64,000 bases of DNA from Paraspadella gotoi. Lineage: Eukaryota > Animalia > Chaetognatha. Shown piece after piece: positions 38,986 to 52,884 of this stretch. Position numbers and translations under genes: made by a program. The notes under the pieces are model-generated. The model searched no databases and was not told the origin of the DNA. It saw only the letters and a list, made by a program, of their open reading frames with translations. Position 1 is the first letter of the stretch. The number at the start of each line of letters is the position of its first letter. Location of the stretch: assembly GCA_051294375.1 (NCBI GenBank), contig CM119268.1:2914184-2978183 (forward strand), read 5' to 3'.

Positions 38986-40143
38986 GAAAGATAAAACCGA
39001 GAATAAAAAGAAGAAAGTAAAAGAATATATATGAAAACGAGGCTCGACAAAAATGGCGCCGAAAATATTATTAAAAAAAGCTTTAAAGACGTCGGCGCTG
39101 TATAAAGATCCTCGGACTAATTTCGGTTTCGATGGGATACAGTTCGTTACAGATTTGGGACAAAGGAAACAAACGCAAAGTTTTTTTTTTTTTGCCGCGG
39201 GGTGGGGGGGGGGGTAGGGAGAGTGGGAATTCGTCATACATAACTCGACTCGTACGTCTACTTTCAGTTAAATAACGCGGATTCAATCTCTATATATGCC
39301 TTCTCTTTTTAATTGTTTTCACGATAGAGAAAGAAGAAAAAGTAAATTAGTGACTAGGAAGCGATTAGCGATGGAAAGAGAGAGGGCAGGAGGGGAAGGT
39401 AGGGGAAGGGAAAGGGGAGAAGGGGTCGGGGACTTTGAGCCTTAACGCGGTGATGAAAGGGGGGGGAAAGTAAGCCTCTGTCGCGGTTGAAAATGAAAAC
39501 CATTATTTTCTTCTCTCAGAATTGACGCTAAATCAACATTGACAAAAGTGAGAAGTATATTTTGTTTTTAATAACATTAAAGCCATCATCATCATCATCA
39601 TCGTCATCTTCAACATCATCATCCTCTTCATCGACATCATCACCAACTATGTTTAAACATCAACATCATACTAAAAAAAAAACTAAAAATAGAAAACTCG
39701 GCAGGTTTCTCAAAAAATATGGCGACTAACATCATTCAACAACCAAAAAATCCGTTTGCCAAATAAATAACAATTTTTTTTTTATAAAAAAAATTCAAAA
39801 TAAAGCAAGGAAAATTAGAAAATTGATAAAATTAAGAAAACTCCCTGCGCGTGTAGAACAATGTTATCCAGCATCGTTCTGATCCAATTTGTAAACGGAT
39901 CAAGTTTTTCACTAATTATTCGTTCACAAAAAACGGTCGTTCACCGCTCAATACAACGCGAACTAAACGATAAAATTTAAAGTTGAATAAAAAACCGGCA
40001 TTAACTTTATATTATTTCTTGTTGCAAGAGTTCAAAATTACTGTTTTAACCACTTTTGAGTATTTAAATAAAATTTGATTAAGTTAAGTTCGTGATGAAA
40101 GACCGTTTTAAAGGTTTAAAAATTGTTTTCTCTTCTCTTCTCT

Positions 40144-40238
<95 letters not shown>

Positions 40239-40832
40239 CGGGTCGCCGCTCATCAACTTAATTCGATTGTCTTGTTCATTACTAAAGGATAGTTATTGGA
40301 TTTTGAGCTATGAAAAAAAATAATATTATTAAAAATCTTAAAGAAAATCGTAAAAAAAAGTGAGAAACAGAAATTCGAAGCGAAAGAAAAACGATTGAAA
40401 AATATTATTCGCCAAACTTATAAAACCAAAGGTGAGAGAGCAAAGGAGGGAGAAAATAACGATAAAGAACGAGATGGAGTAGAAAAAAAATGTAGCGGTA
40501 ATGAGCCACTGTTTAAAACGAGTATCTCGCTACTCATTAGTTATCTTTTACTTTTAAATACCAACTAATTACCGCCCCCCTATCCTCCCTAGGAGATATT
40601 TATTTCGAATGTTCGGTTTTTTTTTTTTTTTCTTCCGCTAAATTGTTCCTCGAGTTTCGTCGCCGCGACGGGGACCCGAAAAACGTCAAAAGTGTCTCGC
40701 GTCCTTCGACGCGGCGTCACTTTGTCACTTTATCCTTTTGACGGATCACGTCGATTGTCCTTTCGGCGACGGGGAAAATTCAAAGGGAGAATTTTTTGCT
40801 TTTTTTTTTTGTTTCGTTAAAAGGTGGCAGTG

Positions 40833-42541
40833 CTAGTTTCGTCCCATGTCCCGGATGGCTGAAAAGAGGGGGGGGGGAAGTGGGTGAAGAGAAGGTTAAA
40901 ACTTAAACAAATGTTTAAAGCGCTGATAAAGGCTTGAATTAAAGCCGAAACATGTCCATTATGTAAATAAAATCGTTGTTGATTCCGAAATATTTTCGCA
41001 TTAACTACCGTACACATCGAAAAGAAAGTTTAAAACACCATAGAGTATTCTTTACCAAACTTTTTTTTCTTTGCTGATATTTATTTCCTTAATCCTTTAA
41101 CTTATCTTCAAAAAAACCCATCATCAATCAAATTTTCTTTCATATTCAATTCATAATTATTTAAAAATACTCATTCGTCCTCGAACCCTTTTAGTAATTA
41201 TCAGAAATTTAAACATCAATCATATCATTTTCATTTAAGGTCGTTTTCCTTCATTTTCTACATCTCAAATCTTCATTTAATTTAACATCACATCAACTCA
41301 TTCATCACTTTATTCACCTTGAATGATGTCCTCCTTCATTCTCGACCACTCAATTCTGCGATCATCACTTCATTCATCACTTCATTCACCTTGAATGATG
41401 TCCTCCTTCATTCTCGACCACTCAATTCAGCAATCATCACTTCATTCATCACTTCATTCACCTTGAATGATGTCCTCCTTCATTCTCGACATCTCCATTC
41501 TCATTTCTGTCAAAATCTCTTGTTTCACTTTTTCCAATTCGGATGACGTCACAGTCGAGTCTCCGACGCCGTTGGCCAAGAGGTTGAGCCCGTCCTCGCG
41601 GGAACGGAAATTTCTGAAAAGGGATAGACATTTGTTTCTTTAAAATGAGATAAAAAAAAGTAACGAACAAACGAACGATTTAACTAACGAAAAAAACGAA
41701 TGAATGAACTAATGAAATATTGAAACTTCGAACTAAACGTACATTCATTTTTCATCTCAAAATTTCAAGCGAAATTACGGTTGTTACACAAATGTTAATT
41801 TATCATACTACAAAAACGTTTACAAATTAGGCAACTAGTTTGATAAATTTAATTACTTAAATCGTTTTGTAAATAGATTTATTACTTTCTCAACGGCTTC
41901 GGAGATTCGTGGCCGTTTTTAAGGTTGAAGTTGCCGTTTTGTTTCGATCTCTCGAGAGACGAACTCGGAGTGGTGGCGTTCGTTGGCGAAGTCTCGGTCT
42001 GAGAAAGACAAAGGAACATCGAGATTAGAGATGAAGTTTGATTTTAAAATTCTAATTCTAATTATAAATATTATTATCAAGCGAATGTACAACTGCAAAT
42101 TAAGTTTCAAAACGCAAATGAACAACTACAGCTGCTTATACTTGCGATCAAAAATTCGCTTCGGTGTTCAAACAATAATTTTTTTTAAAAAATGCAAATA
42201 TAATCCTAATCAAATATGAGTCGTCGCTTGGAAGCGTGGATTCTCTTTTGTAAAAAAAAATAGTTTTTTTAAATTACTAGCTTTTTATTATGTAAAAATC
42301 AATCGGAATTGAAAATCGAGACAAATAAAAAAGAAGCAAACGGAATTCGAAACGGATTTGTTTTGTTTTGTTTTGATTTGTGATTTGTTTGTTTACCTTT
42401 TTTCTCGTCAGTGAGTTCTACAGGTCCGCGAGTTAGAAACGATAAAAAATGCGAGTGTTAATGAGCGGAAGCTACAAAGTACGAGGAACTGAGCGACTGA
42501 CCATGTTACTACATTAGTGGACGCTCGAAACAGCGCTCGGT

Positions 42542-42620
<79 letters not shown>

Positions 42621-44559
42621 CTATATGAATAATATTTAATAGAGATAGAGAGATATAAAAAGGGAACTACCCAGAGACAGAGTCAGCTCACCTCTCTACT
42701 GTCGGAGTCAGAAATGGGGTCTCCCCCTCTCTCTTCTCTGTTTCCTCGTTTCAATGTTTTCGTTCTTTGTTTCTGCATCAGTTCTGCGAGGAAATCCCCA
42801 GGGGGACCGGCCGGGGGGCCTCCGGGGGGGCCGCCGGGGGGGCCTCGGGGGGCGGGTGAGGCCCCGGCGTCCTGAAAGACATTTTAAATAAAATACCAAC
42901 ATAAAAAATTATTCAGTCGTTCAATAAAGAAATTATAACATACAGATATGGAAGTTTACATTAAATATGTAATGAGTTTTTTTCGTATTCTATTAATTTT
43001 TAACAACTCTCTTCGTTGAAATTTTATGCTAATAGAAAGAAGACATTCCGTAGTATGTTTACCCTGTTAGTTAATTTATTCATTTATTTATTTATTTATC
43101 TCAATCGTTCGGGATGAATCTATTTTTAACGACCAAGCACCAATCACCATCCACTCACCGCTTTCCTCAATTGCTTGGCGGCGAGTTGATCGGCGAAACT
43201 TCCTCCCGGAGCGGTCTTTGTTTTAGGGACCGGAGGCGGAGGCGGCGGCGGCGGTGGCGGACCGCCAACGGGAGGCGGCGGAGGCGCCGGCGGCGGGGGA
43301 ATGTTGGAGACGGGCGGTCGAGGGGCGGCGCCAGGAGGCGGCGGAGGAGGGGGCGGGGCTGGAGGACCCGCGGGGGCTGACGGGTAAAGGGAAAAAGGGT
43401 GAGTGAGACACGTTCGGTCATTGGACAACAACGAAGATATTATAGACTCTAAAAAGAACAACTGCAACACAAAACCAAACTTACCCGGCAGCGGCGGCGG
43501 AGGCGGCGCTGGAGGAACGGTGTTGGCGGGCGGCGGGGCGGGCGCGGCGGGAATTCCGCCTGAAAGAAAATCGTTAAAAAAAAAGTAAACTCTTTTAAAA
43601 TTTTATTGTGCAGCATTTTGTTGTTTTTGTTGTTGTTGTTTGTTTTTTTGTAATGGATCGGTTCCAGAAACATTTGAAACATTTTATTTAAGAAGGTTAT
43701 CTTCATTGTCTCTAACTCGAGATGGGATATTTTAGTTTTTAACGTTCAACTTTTAAATCGCAATTTAAAATTAATATTTTTTTACTTTTTAAACCGTTAA
43801 AATTTGAAACCAATACTAAAGAGTTTAGTCTGTGGCAGTGACACTAACTCGCTTTCGTTGACAGTAGGGTGAAGTGATGATTGAGCGATTGAACATTATT
43901 TTTTTGCTGCTTATTGACATATAATTAATAAATTTTAAATCCTTTTAAAAATTGTTTATGTATTAATATCCTTATAAAATCATAAAATTTTAAAATAATT
44001 GTTTATTTTAATGAACAGATTTGGATTCGCCATAAAAAACTAAAAAAACTCTTATAAAATATGTTATATGATAATTTAATATTTAGACCACAAAAAATGA
44101 CTAAAACGTTTTAACATATATAAGTTTCTACTACATAGAATAAAAAAGTCCAGAATTTTTTACATTTTTCCCATTTTAAATGCTGAAGACGACATAATTT
44201 TTGATAACATGCTTTATATTTCTGATTTAACTTTTTATGAAGAATCTGAATCTTTATTAAAAGTTTTAAAAGAATAATTTTTAAAATTTACTATTTTATA
44301 AGAATATTATTACAAATATATTATATTTTACTATTCTGTTACCGAGATTATATGAACAAAATATTTTTTGTACTAATTAATCATACTATCTGATATCTAA
44401 ATATCCTTGTTCAATCATTCAAATATTTTTTTGTTCTTGAGTGCTCCACTCTAATGGACAGGCAGCTCACCCTGCGGCATTTGAGATGCATTATTCTGCG
44501 GAACGACTGACGTCGGGGTAGTCGCTTTCCCGTCGTATTGATTCGAATTCGTGGAAATC
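40833..44559 (-). CDS. ENAH: Enabled/VASP family actin regulator, C-terminal exons (Pro-rich region plus EVH2)
   Basis: Phase-compatible exons on the minus strand are 44559-44471, 43559-43485 (PPAPPPPPLP), 43376-43159 (poly-Pro, then SFADQLAAKQLRKA, G-actin-binding-like), 42871-42692 (DFLAELMQKQRTKTLKR, F-actin-binding-like), 42417-42397, 41998-41886 (ESPKPLRK), 41613-41462 (ELEKVKQEILTEMRMEMSRMKEDIIQ, VASP tetramerisation coil) and 40858-40833 (AIRDMGRN*). Confidence 0.88.
41295..41490. repeat. 72-bp tandem repeat (about 3 copies) spanning the Ena tetramerisation-exon end and its splice donor
   Basis: TTCACCTTGAATGATGTCCTCCTTCATTCTCGAC occurs at about 41313, 41385 and 41457. Confidence 0.9.
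42397..42417 (-). CDS. 21-nt symmetric microexon (NSLTRKK) of the Ena/VASP gene
   Basis: The minus strand reads TTCTAAC...CTGTAG|AACTCACTGACGAGAAAAAAG|GTAAAC: branch site, acceptor, 7 codons, strong donor. Phase 0/0 matches both neighbouring exons. Confidence 0.6.
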
Positions 44560-44897
44560 CTGAACGAAAAAAAAAAGATTTATTGATTTGATTAATTTTC
44601 TTAAAAAAAAAACCACAATTTTAATACTCGGGTTATAAGTTAGCAGCGAGCATTTCGTCAGGTGGCATTTGTTCACGATGTAGTTAATAGTTATTTATAA
44701 AAAAATACGTTTACAAAAGATGCAGATGCCATTTATCTCCCGAGGACGATTTTAGTTTTCACATTAAACAACATTTGTTTTTCTAATCGTCAGCTGACGA
44801 TGAAATATCGTCAATCGTCTATGATATGTCTACTGGTTGTCTTTGCAAAATGAACAATGCGAAGAAAACTATTTGGAGAAAGTTTGATTGATTGAGT

Positions 44898-45010
<113 letters not shown>

Positions 45011-45385
45011 GGAGAGAGGGAGAGAGTCTGACAGTTTATAGTCATAACAGTTTTTTTTGGCACTAGAGGCGCTCGCTCGTTCATCACAGTAAAGACCAAT
45101 TGAAGTGAGAGCTTAAAATGAAAGAAATGCTTTTTTATTTATACTTTAAAATTAAACTAAATCTTAGACTTGAATTGAGGGCATAGCCATACTAAATTAA
45201 GTGACGACTTTTTTAATTTAAATTCAACTCAATCTTTGAATCTGTAAGCCTTTTATTTTACATTTGTTTTCGTAATAAAACATTATTACAATATCCGAGT
45301 TAGGAGCGTTAATCTCTAGTATTAAAGTACATTTTATGTATTTTATTAAATCATTATTTAAAATGCACTTTCCCCTCATCCCTAC

Positions 45386-45930
45386 ATGATACAAGTGGCG
45401 CTACGAAATTTCTTTCTCGATTCTATCATCGACGCCGTCATGGAACCACTCATCGTCGGCGTCGCGGACACGCCCACTTCCGGCGTTCCCGGCGCCGATC
45501 CCGCAGACGCCAACGACGCCGCCGATGCCGTCAGCGACGCCGTTGGTGGAATCGAGGCCGATCTCGTCAGAGAAGCGAACGGCGACAACGGCGACGGCAG
45601 CGGCGCCGATTCGGTCGTCGACGGCGTCGTAGGGGGCGTGGCCGAACGCGTCAACAACGCCGAGGGCGACATCAACGCCGACGACGTCATCGACGACGAC
45701 ATGGACGACGACGCCGACGACGACGAATCCCCGATGACGACGCCGCGATGATCTTGACGCGAATCGGCGCCCGGCGTCTCGCCGCCGTTTGCGTCGGACC
45801 GGAAGTCGTGACGTCCGTTGGCGTCGTCGGCGACGATGTCGATGTGTAGGCGGCGCTGACGTCGAGGGGGCGTGTCGCCGTTGGATCCGCGATCGAGGCG
45901 CATCGTTGAAGAGAAGGATCGATGTCAGGT
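45386..45930 (-). CDS. Probable Ser/Thr/Pro-rich internal exon of the Ena gene; frame uncertain
   Basis: GC-rich island. The TAG acceptor at 45931 opens one frame, while the long ORF (to ...KKFRSATCI, possible donor at 45385) is in another, suggesting a frameshift error or different boundaries. Confidence 0.45.
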
Positions 45931-46671
45931 CTAGGTCTTTTAAGCATTTATACCCTATTTGTTACAGTATTTGTGCGGCATCGCTGAGGGTCTTTTTTTT
46001 AAAATTTTACAGTATTCGTCGCTCCGCCCCTAACAAATGAGTTCGAATTGACAGACCACGGATCACGGATTTCGCATCAGGAGGAAAAATGTGAAACTGG
46101 AGTTTTTTAGACTCGAATCGTCGGTGATATTCGAGCGACGTGATCTCGTCGTTGTTGTTGTCGTTGTTGTTGTGACTCGTCCGCGTCTGGATTCGATATT
46201 CGTAAAACGAGACAATAAAAATCAAAAGGTGATTTTATGCTCTACATTTTTACATTTCTTCTTTATTGTTTTTGTGAATCAAAGACCAGGAATATTTTTT
46301 TTTGGTAGCGATTTTAAAGAGCTTTACTTTTTTTTAAGATTAGGTAGTTTTAAATTGTGTAGTTTCTTAGCTAGAAAGAAATGTCGTTTTATTGTTATTG
46401 TTAATGTTATTGTTATGTTATTTTCATACATAAAATGTTCTTATTCTCGCTCGAGCTATTGGGAAAATCGTCCGTAACTAACGAAAGAGGGTCACGAACC
46501 CAAGATTTTCCCGTTAATAACGAAATATTATAAATCCGGAATTTTAATGCTTTTTAATTCATAGCATTTTTATCTTGTTCGATGTTCGATGCTCCCTTTG
46601 CATCCAACTGAACTTCAAGATCTTTTTGAATTTTCAACAGCTTCAAAGAGCGAGAGATGAAGGGGGAGAAA

Positions 46672-46780
<109 letters not shown>

Positions 46781-47984
46781 ATATATGGTGGGGGCAATGT
46801 AAACCAAGAGGTGCCGGTATCCAGACGAGATTTGAGATTGTAAGGGGAAAAAATGAAAGAAGACTGATGAACAAAAAAATAAATAAAAAAATAAAGAAAG
46901 AAAAAACGCTAGACAAATAGAAATGAAACGATAAAAACAACAGAAAAGGAAAGAAAAAAGAAAAAAGAAAGAAAGAAAGAAAGAAACATGGAAAATAAAA
47001 TAAGAGACAAAAAAGATATGAAAGAGAAAAGAAAAAGTAGAAAAAATGTGTTAACTATAATTAAATATTACACCTGTTGCAAAATCCCAATCTTCAACCC
47101 TCTCTCGGAAAACGTATCAGCCAATCGGTTTTCAACCAGAAAATATTTGAGTAAGCAATAAACAATAATAATGATTCATTAGTAATACCAGGTGCGACTG
47201 ATATTCTTGTTTTTTATCCCCCCTCTCTCTCTCTGTCTCTCTCTGTCTATCTCTCTCTGTGGCGGGGTGTTAAAACGAATCTGGGGGATGTTGAGTGGAG
47301 TGGAGTGAAAAAAGGGGAGAGAGAGAGGTGCGAAAAGGGGCGGACAAAGATAAGGGTCAGCTTCGAGTGAGAAAGAGTGCAACTGAAACCTCATCCGCAC
47401 CATAAATCTGTTTCTCATTTTTTTTCACCCCATAAATTTGCACATAAGAAGTCGTTGTAAAAAAAGTGAAAACAATTGAATAAATCAATTTTTAAAAAAG
47501 TATTTATGTAAATCAATTATGTAGATTTTTCTTTCGTATGAATGCATTCAAACATTTTTTTTTATATTCTTATTTTCTAAGCGGGATTAGCTAATTGTAC
47601 CGAGACCACCCACTCAACCTATAGGCGAATCGAGTTAAATCGTTTGGCGTTAAAGACTCGAGAGGGCGCGCCGACCAAGAGGTCAACAAAAGGTCAAAAC
47701 CAGGAGCAAATAAAAAGATCGAAAAAGGTCAAAGAAAAAAAAAAGAATAAACCTCGTTAAAAACCGAAAGATTTAAACGACGCCTCATATGAAGAAATGG
47801 ATCGCAACTCGACCGGGAGATGACTCCATCGTGAAAACGGATAGAAAATAAAAGAACAAAGTGAATCGAGAGACGAGAAATGAATTTCCTTCTTAATTTT
47901 ACGAAGGAAAAAATAATAAATTAAAAAGAAGAAAAGTCTAATGATGACGACGGCGTCTTTGTATTTAAAAACAATTCGTTATAA

Positions 47985-48495
47985 TCGTGTTCGTCATCGT
48001 TTAATTCTTTGTTATCATCGATTCGTCATCGTCTTTTTCTTTGTCATTGTTATCGTCGTTGTTATCGTCTTTACTTTGTCATCGTTTTATTCTTCGTCAT
48101 CATCGATTCGTCATTGTCTTTTTCTCTGTCATTGTTATCGTCGTTGTTATCGTCTTCACTTTGTCATCGTTTTAGTCTTTGTTATCATCATTTTGTCGTT
48201 TTTCTTATCTTTGTTTTCTTCTTCGTCGTCTTCATCGTCATCGATGACGTTGTCATCATCTTTGTCTTAGTCTTCTTCTTCTTTGTCGTCGTTGTCATCG
48301 TCGTCAACCTTCGTCATATTCGTCGTCATCGTTGTCGTCGCCTAAGTTCCATCATCATCGTCGTCGCTATTTTTATAACTTTTCCTTTTATTAGACGTCT
48401 TTTCGTCTTTGTCGTCATTCTTCGTCATCATCATCGTCATTTATTATTCTTCGTCATCGTCATCGTCATTTATTATTCTTCGTCATCGTCTTAAT
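47985..48495. repeat. Degenerate (TCG/TCA/TTG)n trinucleotide tract with an internal ~75-bp duplication
   Basis: Simple-sequence tract in which CATCGATTCGTCAT...TCATTGTTATCGTCGTTGTTATCGTCTT occurs twice. Confidence 0.75.
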
Positions 48496-48640
48496 TCCTA
48501 CAAATCGACTTCACCTTTCAAGTCTTATTCCTCGAAGGCATACGTCAAGACGTGATTAACATCCTAAAGTTTTAATTCTTACAAAGAATTTGAAAACAAA
48601 AACATTCTCACTCAATTTGACGTCACTGGATCAACCCACC

Positions 48641-48692
<52 letters not shown>

Positions 48693-50018
48693 CTTCTTCT
48701 CTCTCTCTCCTCTCTCTTCTATTTTTGTTTACATTCTTCTATCGAGTTCAAGATACTGTTTTCAAATCCCGTTCATTCTTGATTGTCCTTTAAAAGGATT
48801 TTTTTATTCGAGTTTATTCTTTATCACTTAAAATATAAAAAAAAACCCTTTTGGAACTGATCCCGGAGTGTTCACTCTGGCGGTCATGATATCGAATTAA
48901 AAAAAATTTTTGACTATTATCTGGGTTTTCTGGGCTAATCTTGCTTTAGCCAACTTCATAGATTAGTTTGATTGAAATCATCTCGTTCTGATCTTGAAAA
49001 AACATCACGAAGTGACCGGAATAAAAACAACAACAATAACAACGTTTCACAAAAAAAAACCTAGTAAAGTAAAGATTGTAGTCAAATTTGACGTTAAAAT
49101 TTCTTTAAAAATAAACCTAAAAAAATGGGGGTTTTTACCCGGTTGGATAATTAGTATATCACCCCGGTTACAGTTGGGTCACCCGTGGATTCCACCCATT
49201 TACAGTTGGGACACCCGCCGACGCTTTCCGTGTTTCAGTTTGGAGAAAAAAAATGTTTCTGTTGATTTTTCGTGTTTACGATCGTCGAGTGAAAGAATGA
49301 GCGACGGGGGATGAGAGACGAGGACGATGATGACAACGGAGACGATGATGACAAAATGACAGTGCTGACAACTATGATGAAGATGACAGCAGAGATGATG
49401 GTGACAAAACAAGAGTGATGACTTCAAAGGTGAGGATGACAACGGAGATGATGATGACAAAATGACAGTTCTGACATCAAAGATGATGATGACAAAACAA
49501 GAGTCATGACATCAAAGAAGATGACAATGGAGATGATGATGACAAAACAAGAGTGATGACATCAAAGATGAAATTGACGATGATTATGAGTTGAGTACAG
49601 TTGGTGCAGTCGGTAGATACAACCAATAAAAAAAATATCTCGAAAATCGACAAATACTTTGCCTCCAGACTTTGAACAGACTTTTAAGAATTTCAAGGAA
49701 AACCAAAATGGTTTATAATATACTACGTACGTTAGGTTTGTAAAATTTACTAATGTACTAGTTAGTTAGCATAACATTTCATAACATCGACGACTGGATT
49801 GCCAACAAAGACGACGACGACGACGACGACGACGTCAAAGGGTTTTATTTTCCCGTAAACCAAACCTTTTTACGAGGATTTTGTGGCCGGAAGGGTTTTC
49901 GAAGCTTTCGTCGTCGTCGTCGTCGTCGTCGTCGTAGTCGTCGTCGTCGTCGCCAATTGATTTGGTTAAGAGTCCAACGAATGAGAAAAATGATCAAATT
50001 CGAAAATTGATGAATCGA

Positions 50019-50114
<96 letters not shown>

Positions 50115-50184
50115 CATAGAATGTACAATTGTACATAAGATAAAAAATTATAAAGAAATATAAATAAGATTAATAAAGCAAATC

Positions 50185-50460
50185 GAAACCGACCGACGGA
50201 CCGACCGACGTGACGCCGACCGACCGACCGACGGACCGACCGACGGACCGACCGACGCGACCGACGACCGACCGACCGACCGACACCGACCGACCGACCG
50301 ACCGACCGACCGACAACCGACCGACCAACTCCGACCGACCGACGACGACCGACCGACCCGACCGACCGACCGACCGACCGACCGACCGACCGACCGACCG
50401 ACCGACCGACCGACCGACGACCGACCGACCGACCGACCGACCGACCGGACCGACCACGAC
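50185..50460. repeat. (GACC)n microsatellite, preceded by (GAAA)n and (GCAA)n arrays at 50017-50113
   Basis: Direct observation. Confidence 0.95.
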
Positions 50461-50499
50461 GGCCACCGCAGACAGACACCAATAAATCCCTCTCGTTAC

Positions 50500-51544
50500 C
50501 TCGATCGATTCTCAACTTGTTTCGCCGGCGTCCAAATTCCCGTCGCCGCAACTTTTGCCCAAGTGGCGCCGCCACGTCCTTCGACCGCGGCGCTCATTCC
50601 GGCGTCGGGAGGATCGACCGGCGCTGTTTTTACTTCTGCGTCGAGGGCGTCGGCGTCTCTCTGGAAGTTCTCTTTGTCAGCGACATTGTTGGTTCCGTCT
50701 ACTGCTCCGGCGCCACTAGCGGCGTCGTCGTTCGTCGTAGCTTTGACTTCAGATTCGATTCCCTTTTGTTTTTCCTCTTTGACGCCATCTTGTTTCGTTA
50801 TTACGACGCCATCTTGTTTCGTTATTGCGACGCCATCTTGTTTCGTCTTCGCTGCGACTTCTTTAACGACGGCATCTTCTTCCTTGGCCACGCCCACTTG
50901 TTTATCCTCGTCGGCGTTTTTCGCGTCGTGAGAGACTTTCGACGACGACGACGACGACGATGAAGACGACGACCACGACGTCGTCGCCTTAACTCTTGGC
51001 GAAATACCGGCTCCGGTTCTGTCCACGCCGCCTTCGCCTCCGCCGCCGCCGCCGCCCACGCCGTCTCCCGCCTCCAAGGGAGACAGAGGAGAAGAGGGTG
51101 AGACCAAGGGAGATGGAGAGGAATTGATGACGATGGGAGAGAGAGAAGATTTGATGGAGGAAGATGGAGAAGTGGTGGGAGAAGAGGAAGAGGAAGGGGA
51201 GGGAAGGTAGAAGTGAGAACGGACGACATGAGGATTGGTCGACGAAGAGCCGCTGCTGCCGCTGCTAACGCTGCTACGGCCGCTGTTGCCGCCGCGCCCG
51301 TTGCAGTTCGGATCGGCGCCGTCGACGCGGGAGTTGAGCAGCGGCGAGGCGCGGGGAGACCGCGCCGCCTGCGGAGGAAAACGCGACGGAGCAGCGAGGA
51401 GAATCTTGTGCTGCTGCGGGGCCGGAGAATCGGCGGACGACGCCGAATGGCGAGGCGTCGGGTGAGTCATCGCGTGAGTCATCGGGTGAGGCTTCGGGTG
51501 AATCTCGGTTGACTCGTTCGGATCCGCGGAATCGTTGAGTAAAT
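50500..51544 (-). CDS. Large low-complexity exon, probably part of the Ena gene
   Basis: AAG acceptor (phase 1) and an open frame of about 348 codons ending QVENRS AG|GTAAC (phase 2). The end phase is compatible with the exon starting at 44559 and the start phase with the donor at 52338. Confidence 0.7.
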
Positions 51545-52337
51545 CTTGTTATTTTTGAGAAAAAAGAATTGAAAGAATTTATATCCTTCGTTTTAATCTT
51601 TTTTTAATGGTTATTTTTCTTTAAAATTTTATTTATTTTAAAAGTTGTTTTTTTTCTTTTTCGAATAAACTTTACAGTCGATAAGACAGATAGCACAACG
51701 TTTTTTTAGTTTAATGGTTAAAATGGTTATTTGTAAAAATAAAATTGGTTGACTCTCTCACTTAAATGTCCTATCAAGTTATATTTCATTTTTCAAGCGT
51801 TCAAGTACTGAGAGGCAAGTCAGCGTTGTAAATTATTGTTCAGATTCAATCTAATTTATTTACACTATTTGCAGTTATTAAGTTCAGTTATTTATGCATA
51901 AATTTATATTTTCACGGACTCATATTTTTCTTCATTTAATTAATTTAAATATAGAAAATAAAGAAAATCTAACAAAAAATAGAGAATATTGGTAGCAGAT
52001 ATTAATCAAACTTGGTGATTAAACGAACGATCACTGTGAGTATCATTCGAGGCGAGTGATTAATTTTTCGCTTTCGAATCGATCACTCATCATCACATCG
52101 ACTCGAATCTTGAAATTCTTCACATTTCACTTCGACGTTTCACAATTAATTGTATCTCTGTCGCAGACAACAACAAACATAAATGATTTAAAAGTTTATT
52201 GTTATTTAACCAAAAAGTATCAGACAAAAGGTAATTGTAAATGTCTTAAGCTAAAGTAAAAAGAAAATTCACAGTATGAAAATCTTTTGATATTTTTAAT
52301 TAATTCAGAATTTTAAAAAAAATACACCAAGACTCAC

Positions 52338-52884
52338 CCGGGGTCGATTTGGACAAATTGTTGTCTTTGTCTTTGAGACAAAGAGTCGGCGATTGAGAAT
52401 TCCAAATATGTACTTTCTCTTCTCCCCCTCCTCCTCCTCTTCTCCCTTCTCCTTCCCTCTCTCCCCCTCCCTCCCTCCCTCTCTCCCTCTCTCCTTCCAA
52501 CCCGTTCACCGCCGCGCCGAAGCGAACGCCGCCGACGGGCAGCGACGCGCGGACGCCGCGCGCTCCGCGTGGCAGCGTAGCGTAAGGATTGGCATCGTCT
52601 AAGGCGTCGGCGGCAGCGCCAGCCGATCCCGGCCTCAGGCCGCGGCGTTCGAACGGCGCAGTGGACGGCAGCGGCGGAAACTCCGCCTCCGTTTTGTCCT
52701 GGAACAGATGAGAGAATCGCGCGACTTTCCCGCTCATTCCTGCAAATTCGGCGCCACCGTTTACGCCGTTGACGCCTGGGGTGGGCGTGGCGCTAGCGGC
52801 GCCCTCGACGGCGTCGGGCATCGAGGGACGCCGGGCGTTTTTGAGTCGGTTGCGGACGACGACGAATTCGGGAAGATCGGACAT
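52338..52884 (-). CDS. Coding exon (MSDLPEFVVVRNRLK...), possibly an alternative first exon of the Ena gene
   Basis: GC-rich ORF ending STP G|GTGAGT (phase 1). I saw no convincing in-frame acceptor just upstream of the ATG. Confidence 0.65.

Noticed and set aside
40254-40282. Alternative Ena last exon (VMNKTIELS*)
   Set aside because: The 40858-40833 exon (AIRDMGRN*) has a stronger polypyrimidine tract, is nearer, and fits the family C-terminus better.
45386-45751. Plus-strand acidic ORF, and similar antisense ORFs at 18548-19267 and 61900-62820
   Set aside because: Shadow frames of GC-rich exons on the opposite strand.
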